Origin: an uncultured bacterium
Lineage (GTDB): Bacteria; Patescibacteriota; Minisyncoccia; Phycocordibacterales; UBA2100
Direction of reading: 5' to 3'
Length of the DNA: 64,000 nt
Assembly (NCBI GenBank): GCA_903824595.1
Contig: CAIJXH010000007.1
Span: forward strand, 5,184 to 69,183
Below, piece by piece: positions 9,147 to 17,995 of the stretch. Under the pieces are notes generated by a model. That model made no database searches. It saw only the letters and a program-made list of their open reading frames with translations, and was not told where the DNA came from. A program made the translations under genes and the position numbers. Each line of letters starts with the position of its first letter. The first letter of the stretch is position 1.

Positions 9147-11999
9147 ATGAAGCAGTACGATCACACAAAGATAGAGAAGAAATGGCAAAAAGAGTGGACG
9201 AAAAAAAAGCTGTATAAAACCGCCGACACGGTGAAAGGTAAAAAGAATTTCCACCTGCTCCTCGAGTTCCCCTATCCGTCCGGCAATTTGCACATCGGGC
9301 ACTGGTACGCCTTTGCGGTGCCCGACATTCTGGCGCGCACACTGCGAATGCAGGGAAAGAATGTGCTGTTCCCGTTTGGCTTCGACGCCTTTGGTTTGCC
9401 CGCCGAAAATGCCGCGATCAAGCGCGGACTCAATCCGCGCATTTGGACGTATCAAAACATGGCACACATGAAAAAGCAGATCGAAAGCTGTGGCGCGTCG
9501 CTCGATTGGTCGCGCGAGGTAGTTACCTGTGATCCATCCTACTATCGTTGGACGCAATGGATGTTTACGCAATTTTTCAAAAAAGGACTTGCGTACCAGA
9601 AAGAGACACCTGCCAACTGGTGCCCTTCGTGCAAGACCGTGCTCGCCAACGAGCAGCTCGTGGCAGGGAAGTGCGAGAGATGCGGCACCGAGGTGGAACA
9701 GCGCCAGATGCTTCAGTGGAATCTTGGTATTACGAAATATGCCGACCGCCTTACCGACGACCTCGCTGCCATCGACTGGCCCGAGCAGATCAAAGAAGCG
9801 CAACGCAATTGGATCGGGCGAAGCGAAGGAGCGGAGATTGATTTCAAGCTAACAATGGGCGAGAACATAACCGTCTTCACCACCCGTCCCGACACGCTTT
9901 TTGGTGCGACGTATCTCGTGCTTGCACCAGAACACCCTCTCGTAGCTCAATTCTACACAAGTCAGACTTGTGTAAATAGAGATGAAGTAGAAATGTATGT
10001 CAGACAAGCGAAGAAGAAGACCGATCTGGAACGACAGACGGAGCAAAAAGACAAAACGGGCGTCGAGCTCAAGGGTGTGAAGGCCATCAATCCTGCGACG
10101 GGAAAAGAAATCCCTGTGTGGATTGCCGATTATGTGCTTGGTCACTACGGCACCGGTGCCATTATGGCGGTGCCCGCACATGACGAGCGTGATTTTGCAT
10201 TTGCAAAAAAGTTCGGGTTGCCGATCGTGAATGTAATCGAGCCTCTTTCTGTTGATCTTGAAGGAGTGAGTCGCGCTCGACTCGACATGCCGTTTGTGGA
10301 GCGTCAGACCATTATCGCGTTTGTAAAACATTGGTCAGAAGACTCGTATCTTATTTTGGACTGGAAGCAGGTGGGGTGGCATTCGGGTGTTACGGGGGGA
10401 GTTGAAGATGGTCAAACACCGGAAGAGGCGGCGCGTGCGGAAATACACGAAGAAACAGGGTATCGCAACCTCAAGCTCCTACGAGTGTGCGGAAAAGGGC
10501 ATGAGAAATTTTTCCATGTTCCCAAAAATGTCAATCGATTGACCCACTATCAATGCTTTTTGTTTCAGCTTGAAAACGATGAGCGTGATGTGATTTCCGA
10601 CGATGAAGCACAAAAACATTCAATGCGATGGGTTCCTGCGCATCTTATCGAACATACTCTTACTGCCGCTGCGCAACGTTTTGAGTGGCGCATGCTTCAA
10701 TGTGAAGGTGCATACTGCGGTGATGGCGTACTACATAACTCCGGAGTATTCTCCGGACTCAATACAGAAGAAGCTGGAAAAAAAATGACAATGGCGTTTG
10801 GTCGCCCGAAGAAAACCTACCGCCTGCGCGACTGGGGTGTGTCGCGGCAGCGGTATTGGGGTGTGCCGATTCCGATTATCCATTGCGAAAAGTGCGGTGC
10901 GGTGCCGGTGCCCGACAAGGACTTGCCGGTGAAATTGCCGGAGGTGAAAGATTATTTGCCCACCGGTGATGGCAAATCGCCACTCGCAAAGGTGGAGAAA
11001 TGGGTCAGCGTGAAGTGTCCGCAGTGCAAAGGAAAAGCCAAACGTGAGACAGACACACTCGACACGTTCGTGGATTCTTCGTGGTACTTCTTGCGCTACG
11101 CCGATCCGAAGAACAAAACGAAATTCGCCGATCCAAAAAAGCTTAGTGCATGGATGCCGGTCGATCTCTACTCGGGTGGCGCGGAACACACTACCATGCA
11201 CCTCCTGTATTCGCGCTTCTGGCAAAAGGCGCTCTATGATTTGAAATTGGTCAAAGACAGCGAGCCATACACGCGCCGTATGAACCGCTCCCTCATCCTC
11301 GGACCCGACGGGCAGAAGATGAGCAAATCAAAAGGCAACGTGATCGATCCCGACGATGTGGTGAAGCGTCTCGGAGTCGACACAGTGCGCATGTATCTCG
11401 CCTTCGTGGGTCCGTACAACGAAGTGGCGAGCTATCCGTGGAATCCAGACGGCGTGGTGGGCGTGCGGCGATTTTTGGAGCGCGTGTGGCGTGCCGGGGA
11501 ATTGGTGGGGAAGAAGGAGGTCGCGACACTTGATGGCATCTTGCACAAGACGATCAAGAAAGTGGGCGACGACAACGCCGCGCTCAAATTCAACACCGCC
11601 ATCAGCGCACTCATGATTCTCCTGAATGCGATCGAAAAAGAGAAGGCGATAGGCACGAAACAGTGGGCGATCGTGCTGCGGCTGCTCGCGCCGTTTGCGC
11701 CGCACGTGGCGGAAGAATTGTGGCGCGCGGCAGGCAACAAAAAATCCATCCATCTCGAAACGTGGCCGAAATTTGATCCACAGAAACTCATCGACGAATC
11801 CGTGGTGATCGGCATACAGATCAACGGCAAAACGCGCGGCGAGGTTGCCATTGCCGCTGGCACCAGCAAGGAGGAAACAGAGAAAGCGGCGCGCGCGGCT
11901 ATCGCCGCGCGCCTTGAAGGCAAGCACATTCTCCGCACCATCGTCGTCCACAATCGTCTCGTGAATTTTGTTGTGAAGGAGGAATCGTCCCGCGACTAA
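9147..11999 (+). CDS. leuS: Leucyl-tRNA synthetase with an embedded Nudix-like domain (aa ~366-526)
   Basis: HIGH motif (PYPSGNLHIGHWY), KMSKS (KMSKSKGN), and the LeuRS-specific blocks YRLRDWGVSRQRYWG and DTFVDSSWYFLRY. The protein is 950 aa against about 800-860 for canonical LeuRS; the extra segment carries GGVEDGQTPEEAARAEIHEETGY, a Nudix-box-like motif. Confidence 0.95.
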   Translation: MKQYDHTKIEKKWQKEWTKKKLYKTADTVKGKKNFHLLLEFPYPSGNLHIGHWYAFAVPDILARTLRMQGKNVLFPFGFDAFGLPAENAAIKRGLNPRIWTYQNMAHMKKQIESCGASLDWSREVVTCDPSYYRWTQWMFTQFFKKGLAYQKETPANWCPSCKTVLANEQLVAGKCERCGTEVEQRQMLQWNLGITKYADRLTDDLAAIDWPEQIKEAQRNWIGRSEGAEIDFKLTMGENITVFTTRPDTLFGATYLVLAPEHPLVAQFYTSQTCVNRDEVEMYVRQAKKKTDLERQTEQKDKTGVELKGVKAINPATGKEIPVWIADYVLGHYGTGAIMAVPAHDERDFAFAKKFGLPIVNVIEPLSVDLEGVSRARLDMPFVERQTIIAFVKHWSEDSYLILDWKQVGWHSGVTGGVEDGQTPEEAARAEIHEETGYRNLKLLRVCGKGHEKFFHVPKNVNRLTHYQCFLFQLENDERDVISDDEAQKHSMRWVPAHLIEHTLTAAAQRFEWRMLQCEGAYCGDGVLHNSGVFSGLNTEEAGKKMTMAFGRPKKTYRLRDWGVSRQRYWGVPIPIIHCEKCGAVPVPDKDLPVKLPEVKDYLPTGDGKSPLAKVEKWVSVKCPQCKGKAKRETDTLDTFVDSSWYFLRYADPKNKTKFADPKKLSAWMPVDLYSGGAEHTTMHLLYSRFWQKALYDLKLVKDSEPYTRRMNRSLILGPDGQKMSKSKGNVIDPDDVVKRLGVDTVRMYLAFVGPYNEVASYPWNPDGVVGVRRFLERVWRAGELVGKKEVATLDGILHKTIKKVGDDNAALKFNTAISALMILLNAIEKEKAIGTKQWAIVLRLLAPFAPHVAEELWRAAGNKKSIHLETWPKFDPQKLIDESVVIGIQINGKTRGEVAIAAGTSKEETEKAARAAIAARLEGKHILRTIVVHNRLVNFVVKEESSRD

Positions 12000-12021
12000 A
12001 ACTTTTTCGTCAAAAAGTTTT
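11998..12021 (+). terminator. AT-rich perfect hairpin immediately after leuS (AAAACTTTTT-cgtc-AAAAAGTTTT)
   Basis: A 10 bp perfect inverted repeat overlapping the leuS stop codon. The stem is AT-only, so it is weak as an intrinsic terminator and may be a protein-binding site. Confidence 0.25.
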
Positions 12022-12099
12022 GCCTGGGCACCGCCTCGCAGTTTTGCCTACTGACAAAACAGGACTCCGTCGATTCGATTGAAAATGGAATCGAGTCAA

Positions 12100-12180
12100 G
12101 CGCTCGAAATCGTGCCGCCGCACGATGTCTCCGCCTGACCACGCTCGCGCGACCCGCCGTACTCGACGAGTCCCCGCGCT
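12100..12180. repeat. GC-rich module; copy C, a diverged relative of the 4838-4905 and 30856-30925 modules
   Basis: CGAGTCAAGCGCTCGAAATCG... is partly similar to GTCGAGCAAGCTTGCGAGACC in copy B. As in A and B, it lies directly upstream of a partial tRNA 3' end copy. Confidence 0.35.
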
Positions 12181-12184
12181 CGCC

Positions 12185-12275
12185 GTTCGATTCCCCGTAG
12201 GGACCCGACAACGCCTAAAAGCCCGACACAATGTGTCGGGCTCCAAGGCGTTGTGACCCTACGGGGAATCGAACC
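12185..12275. repeat. Long inverted repeat: the tRNA-Glu 3' end and an inverted partial copy, flanking a perfect 9 bp-stem hairpin (12221-12241)
   Basis: GTTCGATTCCCCGTAGGG occurs on the + strand at 12185-12202 and as its reverse complement inside tRNA-Glu at 12258-12275. The arms extend to about 30 bp (…GACAACGCC / GGCGTTGTG…) around GCCCGACACAATGTGTCGGGC. Confidence 0.65.
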
Positions 12276-12325
12276 CCGATTTAAGCCTTGAGAAGGCTCC
12301 GTCCTAACCGTTAGACGATAGGGCC
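12254..12325 (-). tRNA. tRNA-Glu (anticodon CTC)
   Basis: The reverse complement gives GGCCCTA...TAGGGTC acceptor, anticodon stem GAGCC/GGCTT with loop TTCTCAA, T-arm GGGGTTCGATTCCCC, discriminator A. Confidence 0.8.
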
Positions 12326-12358
12326 ATTCAAGCAAAATACATCAAAAACATCTTTTGC

Positions 12359-12673
12359 TCAACGTGCCGGCGTGCTTTGCAATTCTTTGAGCTTATCTTG
12401 TGCTTGTTTGATGATGTCTTGAATGTTGCCGAGCGATTCTTGTGCCGCGCCTTTTGTACCCTGTACCTTTGTCACGGTTGCGTGCAAAGTTCCGACTATG
12501 GGTGACAGATAGGTCTGATATGCCCACCACGGCAAGACAACCATACACGCAACGTAGATCAAGAATTTGAATATACCGCCCCAAAACGCATTTCTTCGCA
12601 TCGCGTGGAGCATGCGATTGTTGTCTCTTGCTAAGCGTTCGATTTCGCTGATACGATCAACCCCGTTTTCCAT
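12359..12673 (-). CDS. Hypothetical small membrane protein with a coiled-coil tail
   Basis: 104 aa; one or two TM segments (FWGGIFKFLIYVACMVVLPWWAY) and a C-terminal charged helix. Confidence 0.4.
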   Translation of the reverse strand: MENGVDRISEIERLARDNNRMLHAMRRNAFWGGIFKFLIYVACMVVLPWWAYQTYLSPIVGTLHATVTKVQGTKGAAQESLGNIQDIIKQAQDKLKELQSTPAR

Positions 12674-12705
12674 GGCGAGATTATAGCATGCTATAGTTTC
12701 ATCGC

Positions 12706-12777
12706 GCCCTCGTAGCTCAATGGATAGAGCAGTCCCGTCCTAAGGGAACGATGTGGGTTCGATTCCTGCCGAGGGCA
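12706..12777 (+). tRNA. tRNA-Arg (anticodon CCT)
   Basis: Acceptor GCCCTCG/CGAGGGC, D-arm GTAGCTCAATGGATAGAGC typical of tRNA-Arg, anticodon loop GTCCTAA, T-loop TTCGATT, discriminator A. There is one mismatch at the base of the anticodon stem. Confidence 0.72.
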
Positions 12778-12778
12778 C

Positions 12779-14308
12779 CTATAATTCGAACTGGTTCATT
12801 GATGTGTCGCTAGATAATGCATTCTTGAGTCTCTTTTCTGGTATTCTTGACATAAGTGCGAAAAAGGCACCAACGAGCATTACGCAAGAGGCGAGCATGA
12901 AGATCGTGTGGTATGCGGTAATCTGGGCCTTGAGTTCGATAAGCGCGATGAATTGTTGGGTGGCGTTTTGTGTATGTGTGTATAGTTCGCTGTTGTTTAC
13001 TATGGATAATACGTTGGATTCTGTGGTGTTTTTGAGTACGGTGCCAAAAATTGCTATACCGAATGCTCCCGCGATGTTGCGTACGAGCGCCAAGACTGAA
13101 GACGCTACGCCCATCTCGCTTTCTGGGACGAGTGAGGCGATCGCGTTCGTGCGTTGTGCCATGCCGAAACCAAGTCCAAACGACATGATAAAAAGCGGGA
13201 TCATAAGATCGAGAATGCTTGAGCGTACGTCGAGCCACGTGAAGAGCGACATGCCTATCGCGGCAACAATCGTCGAGAAAGCAATCACGTATTGTGTTTC
13301 CACTTTGCCGGTGAGCGCTCCGCCAATTGGTGAAGAAAGCATAAAGCCTGCTGCCATGGGAATGAAGATGAGTCCTGATTGCGTCGCACTGTAGCCAAGA
13401 AAGGTTTGTGCAAAAATAGGCAGGAGAAAAACACTTCCCATCATCCCCATGAATACAATAAAGTTATTCCCCAGTGTGTTGACGAATGGTCCGTGTGTAA
13501 AAAATTTGAGATCAATGATCGGCTCGGGGTGATGTTTCTCGATGCGATAGAACACATAACCAAAACCAAAAATACCGAGATAGCACAATGCGCTCTCGTA
13601 CGAAATCCAACCCCATTCTGTTCCTTTGTCGAGTACCAATACGAGCGATGAGAGTGCGATACCAAGCATGCTCGCACCCCACCAATCGAAGGCATGGGAA
13701 CTTCGTTCGACTTTCGATTCTGGAATGTAGGCGAGCGCCATGAGAAGTCCGATGATGCCGACGGGAAGGTTGACGAGGAATACTGATCTCCAGCCAAATG
13801 TATCGATCAAAGGACCTCCTATCAAAGGACCAAGAACTGCCGAAGCGGCAAAGGCGGATGACCATATTCCAAGTGCTTGCGCGCGCTCTTTGCCCTCGGA
13901 AAATGTGAATGCGATGATCGCCATTGCGGTGGGATAATCGGCAGAACTCGCAATTGCTTGAATGACACGAAATACAATCATGCTTCCAAGATTCCACGCA
14001 AACCCTGCCAAGACAGATCCGAAAATGAAGAGTCCAAACCCTGCAATATAGACGCGCTTTCTGCCTGTTGTGTCGCCAAGCTTTCCCCAGATAGGGACGA
14101 AGACAGCATTTGCGAGAATGTAGGCTGTCGCAATCCATCCAGCGGCGCTTACGGTGATCGAAAAGTCCTCAATGATTTTCGGCAGTGCAAGATTGACGAT
14201 CGTTTGATCGAGACGACCGAGAAACGTTCCGACGATGACGGTAATAAGAATGAGCCAGCGCGAGCTGTCTTTGGGTGCAAGCGAAGCCCCTACTGTTTGA
14301 ATACCCAT
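12779..14308 (-). CDS. MFS transporter, DHA2 (EmrB/QacA) family, 14 TMS
   Basis: N-terminal LALPKIIEDF...GRLGD-like motifs (GKLGDTTGRKR), 509 aa, 14 hydrophobic segments. It is the last gene of the MarR-HlyD-HlyD-MFS operon. The track ORF 12753..13394(+) overlapping it and tRNA-Arg is spurious. Confidence 0.85.
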   Translation of the reverse strand: MGIQTVGASLAPKDSSRWLILITVIVGTFLGRLDQTIVNLALPKIIEDFSITVSAAGWIATAYILANAVFVPIWGKLGDTTGRKRVYIAGFGLFIFGSVLAGFAWNLGSMIVFRVIQAIASSADYPTAMAIIAFTFSEGKERAQALGIWSSAFAASAVLGPLIGGPLIDTFGWRSVFLVNLPVGIIGLLMALAYIPESKVERSSHAFDWWGASMLGIALSSLVLVLDKGTEWGWISYESALCYLGIFGFGYVFYRIEKHHPEPIIDLKFFTHGPFVNTLGNNFIVFMGMMGSVFLLPIFAQTFLGYSATQSGLIFIPMAAGFMLSSPIGGALTGKVETQYVIAFSTIVAAIGMSLFTWLDVRSSILDLMIPLFIMSFGLGFGMAQRTNAIASLVPESEMGVASSVLALVRNIAGAFGIAIFGTVLKNTTESNVLSIVNNSELYTHTQNATQQFIALIELKAQITAYHTIFMLASCVMLVGAFFALMSRIPEKRLKNALSSDTSMNQFEL

Positions 14309-14919
14309 AGTTTCGCCGACATGCCGTTTTCAAGGTCAGGATGCGCGCGCGTGTCGAATGCGATTTTCACGTCAAAACTTTGTGTCGGGCGTTTGTCGGA
14401 AATCGAAAACACAACATCGCCTGAATGCGACGTGGGCGATATCTCATCAACAACGCCACCGAAAACTTTGCTTCCAAACGCATCAACAGTGAATTTTGCT
14501 TTCTGTCCGATTCGGATTGAAGTGAATCCCTTATCTTCCTCCACTTTTCCAACAACGCGTAATTGAGAAGGGTCGATCGTGGTGACAACGGGTGTGCCAG
14601 GGGCGATAGATGCGCCTGTATCGGTGCGCGCACTAATGACAAGTCCTCCCGTTGTTGACTTGACGAGTTCGACACCAACCTGTGCGACAATCGTATTCGG
14701 TGCGATCATGTCGCCAACGGAAACGTAGGTGTTGCGTAGCACGCCGCCCGCGCTAGAAGCAAGCTCCACCGACGGTGCGGTAATTTGTGCTTTATCGATA
14801 TAGACGGTGCGCGCTGATGCGGCGATGTATGCGGTAGCCGCGATGCCGCCTCCGCATACCATCACGATCGCGCAAGCAATCATAACAAGAGAACGACGTG
14901 TTGGTTGTGCATGAATCAT
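14290..14919 (-). CDS. HlyD-family periplasmic adaptor, short form (TM + lipoyl + beta-barrel, no coiled-coil hairpin)
   Basis: TM anchor, YIDKAQITAP...VSVGDMIAPNTIVAQV (biotin-lipoyl-like half), and a C-terminal barrel; 209 aa. Confidence 0.6.
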   Translation of the reverse strand: MIHAQPTRRSLVMIACAIVMVCGGGIAATAYIAASARTVYIDKAQITAPSVELASSAGGVLRNTYVSVGDMIAPNTIVAQVGVELVKSTTGGLVISARTDTGASIAPGTPVVTTIDPSQLRVVGKVEEDKGFTSIRIGQKAKFTVDAFGSKVFGGVVDEISPTSHSGDVVFSISDKRPTQSFDVKIAFDTRAHPDLENGMSAKLWVFKQ

Positions 14920-14921
14920 AT

Positions 14922-16310
14922 TTAGTGTGTGATGGGAATGGTAACGTTGGCGTTCATGCCGATGCCGATTGCGGGATCGTCCTGATCGAATTGTAGTGTT
15001 ATTTTGTATGCAGGAACGCCATTTTGCATCGTTGGTGCATGATCAACAATCGTTACGGTGGCAGGGAATACGCGATGTGTTCCGTACGCATCGAGCGTAA
15101 TCATTGAACGTGCTCCAACGGATATTGAGACTGCGTCTTTCGCCGACACGTACGCGTGTACTTGAAGCGCGCTTTTTGGTGATAATGATATTGCCGATGT
15201 ATTTGCCGCGACTATATCACCCACGTTGGCGTGTATGCTGGCGACCGTCCCATCGAATGGTGCGACAATAATCGCCTTTGCGATTTGTGCATTCGCAGCC
15301 GCGACCTGTGCTGCCGCCGCTTCCACGCGTGCCTCTTGCGCCGCGATATCCTGCGTCGTGGCAGGTGCGGTGATTTGATGAAGCGCGGCGGTAGCTGACT
15401 GCACGGCGAGTGTGTCGTTTTTGATGCGCTGCGATTGGTTTTGCGTGACAGAGATGAGTGCTCCAACGAGATCGCGTAGAGCGTTTGCTGATGTGTATGC
15501 GCCCGCGATGGAAACGCTGTTGAAGTTTGTGCTCGGGACTGCGTTGGTGAGTGTCTCCAGTAATTGATTACCGTATGCTCGCAACACGTCGAGGTGTGCG
15601 TTGGCTCGAGTGAGTGCCTCTACACGATCGCTGGATGATGAATCATCGGAGAGTGTTGAGATTTCTTGTTTCCATGTGGCGAGTTCGTTGCCGACAACAA
15701 CACGATTACTCACGAGATCGTTTACGTTTTGTGAATTGCTCGATTGAAATACGAGCGAGGGCGATGCCGAATCTGGATTGGAAAAGAGAGAATCTGAATA
15801 CGTATGTATGGCTCCATATGCTTTGCCGTAACTGTCGCGTGTCACGTCGAGCGCGTTGACGTAGTCATTAGCAAGTGTTTGCGATGCAATGTCACGCGCA
15901 GTCTGTTTTGCATCCACATCCACTTGTCGTGCACCGACGTTCATTGCGTCGAGCGTTGCTTGCTCTGCTTTTTGCGACGCAGCGGCTTGTGCGCGCGATG
16001 CAACAAGCGCGCTTGTGTCTACTGAAGCGAGTAGTTGTCCTTGGGAGATTGGTTGTCCGACAACAACATCGATATGTGTAACGCGACCACTCGTTTCAAA
16101 TGCGAGATCTGGATTTTGCGCTGGCTCTACGATGCCTGTACTCGTTATGTTTTGAAGTATCGTTGTGTCATCGATGTGCGGCGTGTCGCGCGGCGCGCTG
16201 GTTGCCTGATAGTAGTATGCGCCGCTTCCCAGAGCTGTGAAGATGACGAAAGCAAACGATCCGAGGATGATTGGATGCCTAAAGACGTTTTTTTCAAAGA
16301 GAGAGATCAT
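14922..16310 (-). CDS. HlyD/EmrA-family membrane fusion protein
   Basis: N-terminal TM, a lipoyl half (GIVEPAQNPDLAFETSGRVTHIDVVVGQPISQGQLLASVD), a long Ala/Gln-rich coiled coil, and a second lipoyl half plus beta-barrel (IIVAPFDGTVASIHANVGDIV). Confidence 0.75.
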   Translation of the reverse strand: MISLFEKNVFRHPIILGSFAFVIFTALGSGAYYYQATSAPRDTPHIDDTTILQNITSTGIVEPAQNPDLAFETSGRVTHIDVVVGQPISQGQLLASVDTSALVASRAQAAASQKAEQATLDAMNVGARQVDVDAKQTARDIASQTLANDYVNALDVTRDSYGKAYGAIHTYSDSLFSNPDSASPSLVFQSSNSQNVNDLVSNRVVVGNELATWKQEISTLSDDSSSSDRVEALTRANAHLDVLRAYGNQLLETLTNAVPSTNFNSVSIAGAYTSANALRDLVGALISVTQNQSQRIKNDTLAVQSATAALHQITAPATTQDIAAQEARVEAAAAQVAAANAQIAKAIIVAPFDGTVASIHANVGDIVAANTSAISLSPKSALQVHAYVSAKDAVSISVGARSMITLDAYGTHRVFPATVTIVDHAPTMQNGVPAYKITLQFDQDDPAIGIGMNANVTIPITH

Positions 16311-16316
16311 ACTGTG

Positions 16317-16730
16317 TTAGCGATTATTGGAAACAATACTGTGTAATATGCGCGTGAATTCGCGACGATCACGTTCGCTCAAATGCGTAAGCATGTCGGT
16401 AAGGATGCGTGAGCGTCGTATGACACTCTTCTCAAACATCTTTGTGCCACGCGCCGTGAGTGCGAGATGTATTTTTCGTCGATCGTGTGCGTGGGATATG
16501 CGCGCGAGAAGGTGTAATGATACCATCTCTGCGATAAGTGCGGTGACCGTGGGGGCCTTCACCTTCAAGTGATGAGCGATATCTTGCATGGCAGGAGAGC
16601 CTGTGTCGTGCACAAAATGTAATACTTCGAGTTGCGGTAGAGTGAGCTTTGTTTCAGTACGCATGCGCGAACGTGCCATGCGTCCAAACTCAAACATAAG
16701 AGACAATATGCTGGGTGTTTGTTTTGTCAT
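16317..16730 (-). CDS. MarR-family transcriptional regulator (likely repressor of the efflux operon)
   Basis: Winged-helix block LTLPQLEVLHFVHDTGSPAMQDIAHHLKVKAPTVTALIAEMVSLHLLARISHAHDRRKIHLALTARG. Start taken at the internal Met (MTKQTP...). Confidence 0.8.
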   Translation of the reverse strand: MTKQTPSILSLMFEFGRMARSRMRTETKLTLPQLEVLHFVHDTGSPAMQDIAHHLKVKAPTVTALIAEMVSLHLLARISHAHDRRKIHLALTARGTKMFEKSVIRRSRILTDMLTHLSERDRREFTRILHSIVSNNR

Positions 16731-16830
16731 ACGAATAGTTAGATAACCTAATTGTATACATACCAAACTACCGTGTCAATGATGGTCGCGCACGTATACT
16801 TGCATTGCTTTGCAAGGTGTGGTATAAAGA

Positions 16831-17961
16831 TTGCCTATGACACACGCACGTTTCCTTGCTTTTTTTGTCACGTTATCATTTGTGTTGACGGGATCTGTAT
16901 CGGCGCAAACGTATACCGCGCTCGGTGGCGGCACTGTTACTCCTTCGTATTGTTCTACGCTAAGCGATCTGTCGTTTGGATCTTCGGACAGTACGTCGGG
17001 AGGTGAAGTGTCGCGCGTGCAGTCTGTTTTGGTTGCGCAACAGTATCCGGGCGGTGGCGCATGGATGATCACGGGTCATTTTGGAGCTGCGACGCGACAA
17101 GCAGTGCTTCTGTATCAAAGACAGCATAATTTGTATGTCACGGGTAGTGTTGATGAAAAAACACGCGCCACGATGGGTTTGTGCACTTCTTCTTTGCAGT
17201 ATGCTCCTGTTTCTCTTCCTACCGCGTATATGTCTACGGTGACGTCGCCTGTGTTTGGTAGTCCTTATGCAAACATTGTTTCGTCAACATGCGGTTTCGG
17301 GAGTTCGTTGTGTGCGACAAACGCTCGTCCAGCTATCACCTATGTAACGCCTCAAATCGGTTCGGTCGGTACAAGTGTTACCATATACGGTTCAGGCTTC
17401 AGTCGCTCAAATAATGCGATCCATTTTGGTCCGGGAGTTATTGCAAGCCTCATGTCTCTGGACGGCACATCGTTGTCGTTCACTGTGCCTGCATCTTTGG
17501 TTGGATATGGGTCTGGGGCGACGGTGCTCGGCACGTATCAAGTATCGGTAAGTGATGCGTCTGGAACGATCAGTAATCAGGTACCGTTCACCGTCGTTGC
17601 GTCTAATAGTACTCCTGTAGCGACAAGTTCGACGCGTGACGAGTCGGATACGTATACCAGCGCACCCGTGATTTCAAGTATTGTTCCTGCTGTGGGACGA
17701 CCTGGCGCGCTCGTGATCATTCAAGGAGCTAACTTCGCTCCATCAGGTAACATTATTCATTTTGGGACGGGTGGCTCGCTCAATGTATCTTCTTCCAACG
17801 ATGGAACTATTATCTATTTCACCATTCCCTATACGACGAGCTCATGCGATGTAGGTGGATCTTCGTGCAATCCTGTATCTGTGTCTGCTGGAGTGTATCC
17901 GGTGTCTGTTGAAACAGGCTCTGGTACGAGCGGTGTTCTCACGCTAACGGTTTCTCGCTAA
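16831..17961 (+). CDS. Secreted protein with a peptidoglycan-binding domain (PG_binding_1-like) and IPT/TIG-like repeats
   Basis: A signal peptide; a PG-binding helix bundle (VSRVQSVLVAQQYPG...AATRQAVLLYQRQHNLYVTGSVDEKTRATMGL); two copies of a VTIYGSGFS...IHFG / LVIIQGANFAPSGNIIHFG repeat. Confidence 0.6.
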   Translation: MPMTHARFLAFFVTLSFVLTGSVSAQTYTALGGGTVTPSYCSTLSDLSFGSSDSTSGGEVSRVQSVLVAQQYPGGGAWMITGHFGAATRQAVLLYQRQHNLYVTGSVDEKTRATMGLCTSSLQYAPVSLPTAYMSTVTSPVFGSPYANIVSSTCGFGSSLCATNARPAITYVTPQIGSVGTSVTIYGSGFSRSNNAIHFGPGVIASLMSLDGTSLSFTVPASLVGYGSGATVLGTYQVSVSDASGTISNQVPFTVVASNSTPVATSSTRDESDTYTSAPVISSIVPAVGRPGALVIIQGANFAPSGNIIHFGTGGSLNVSSSNDGTIIYFTIPYTTSSCDVGGSSCNPVSVSAGVYPVSVETGSGTSGVLTLTVSR

Positions 17962-17995
17962 AAGACGAGGCTTGCGGGGATGGTATACTTCCGTC

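Noticed and set aside
11328-11953. Reverse-strand ORFs of 207 and 173 aa inside leuS
   Set aside because: They are antisense to strongly conserved LeuRS blocks (KMSKS region) and Arg-rich, so they are spurious.
12753-13394. 213 aa plus-strand ORF starting inside tRNA-Arg
   Set aside because: It overlaps a tRNA and is antisense to the well-supported MFS transporter gene.
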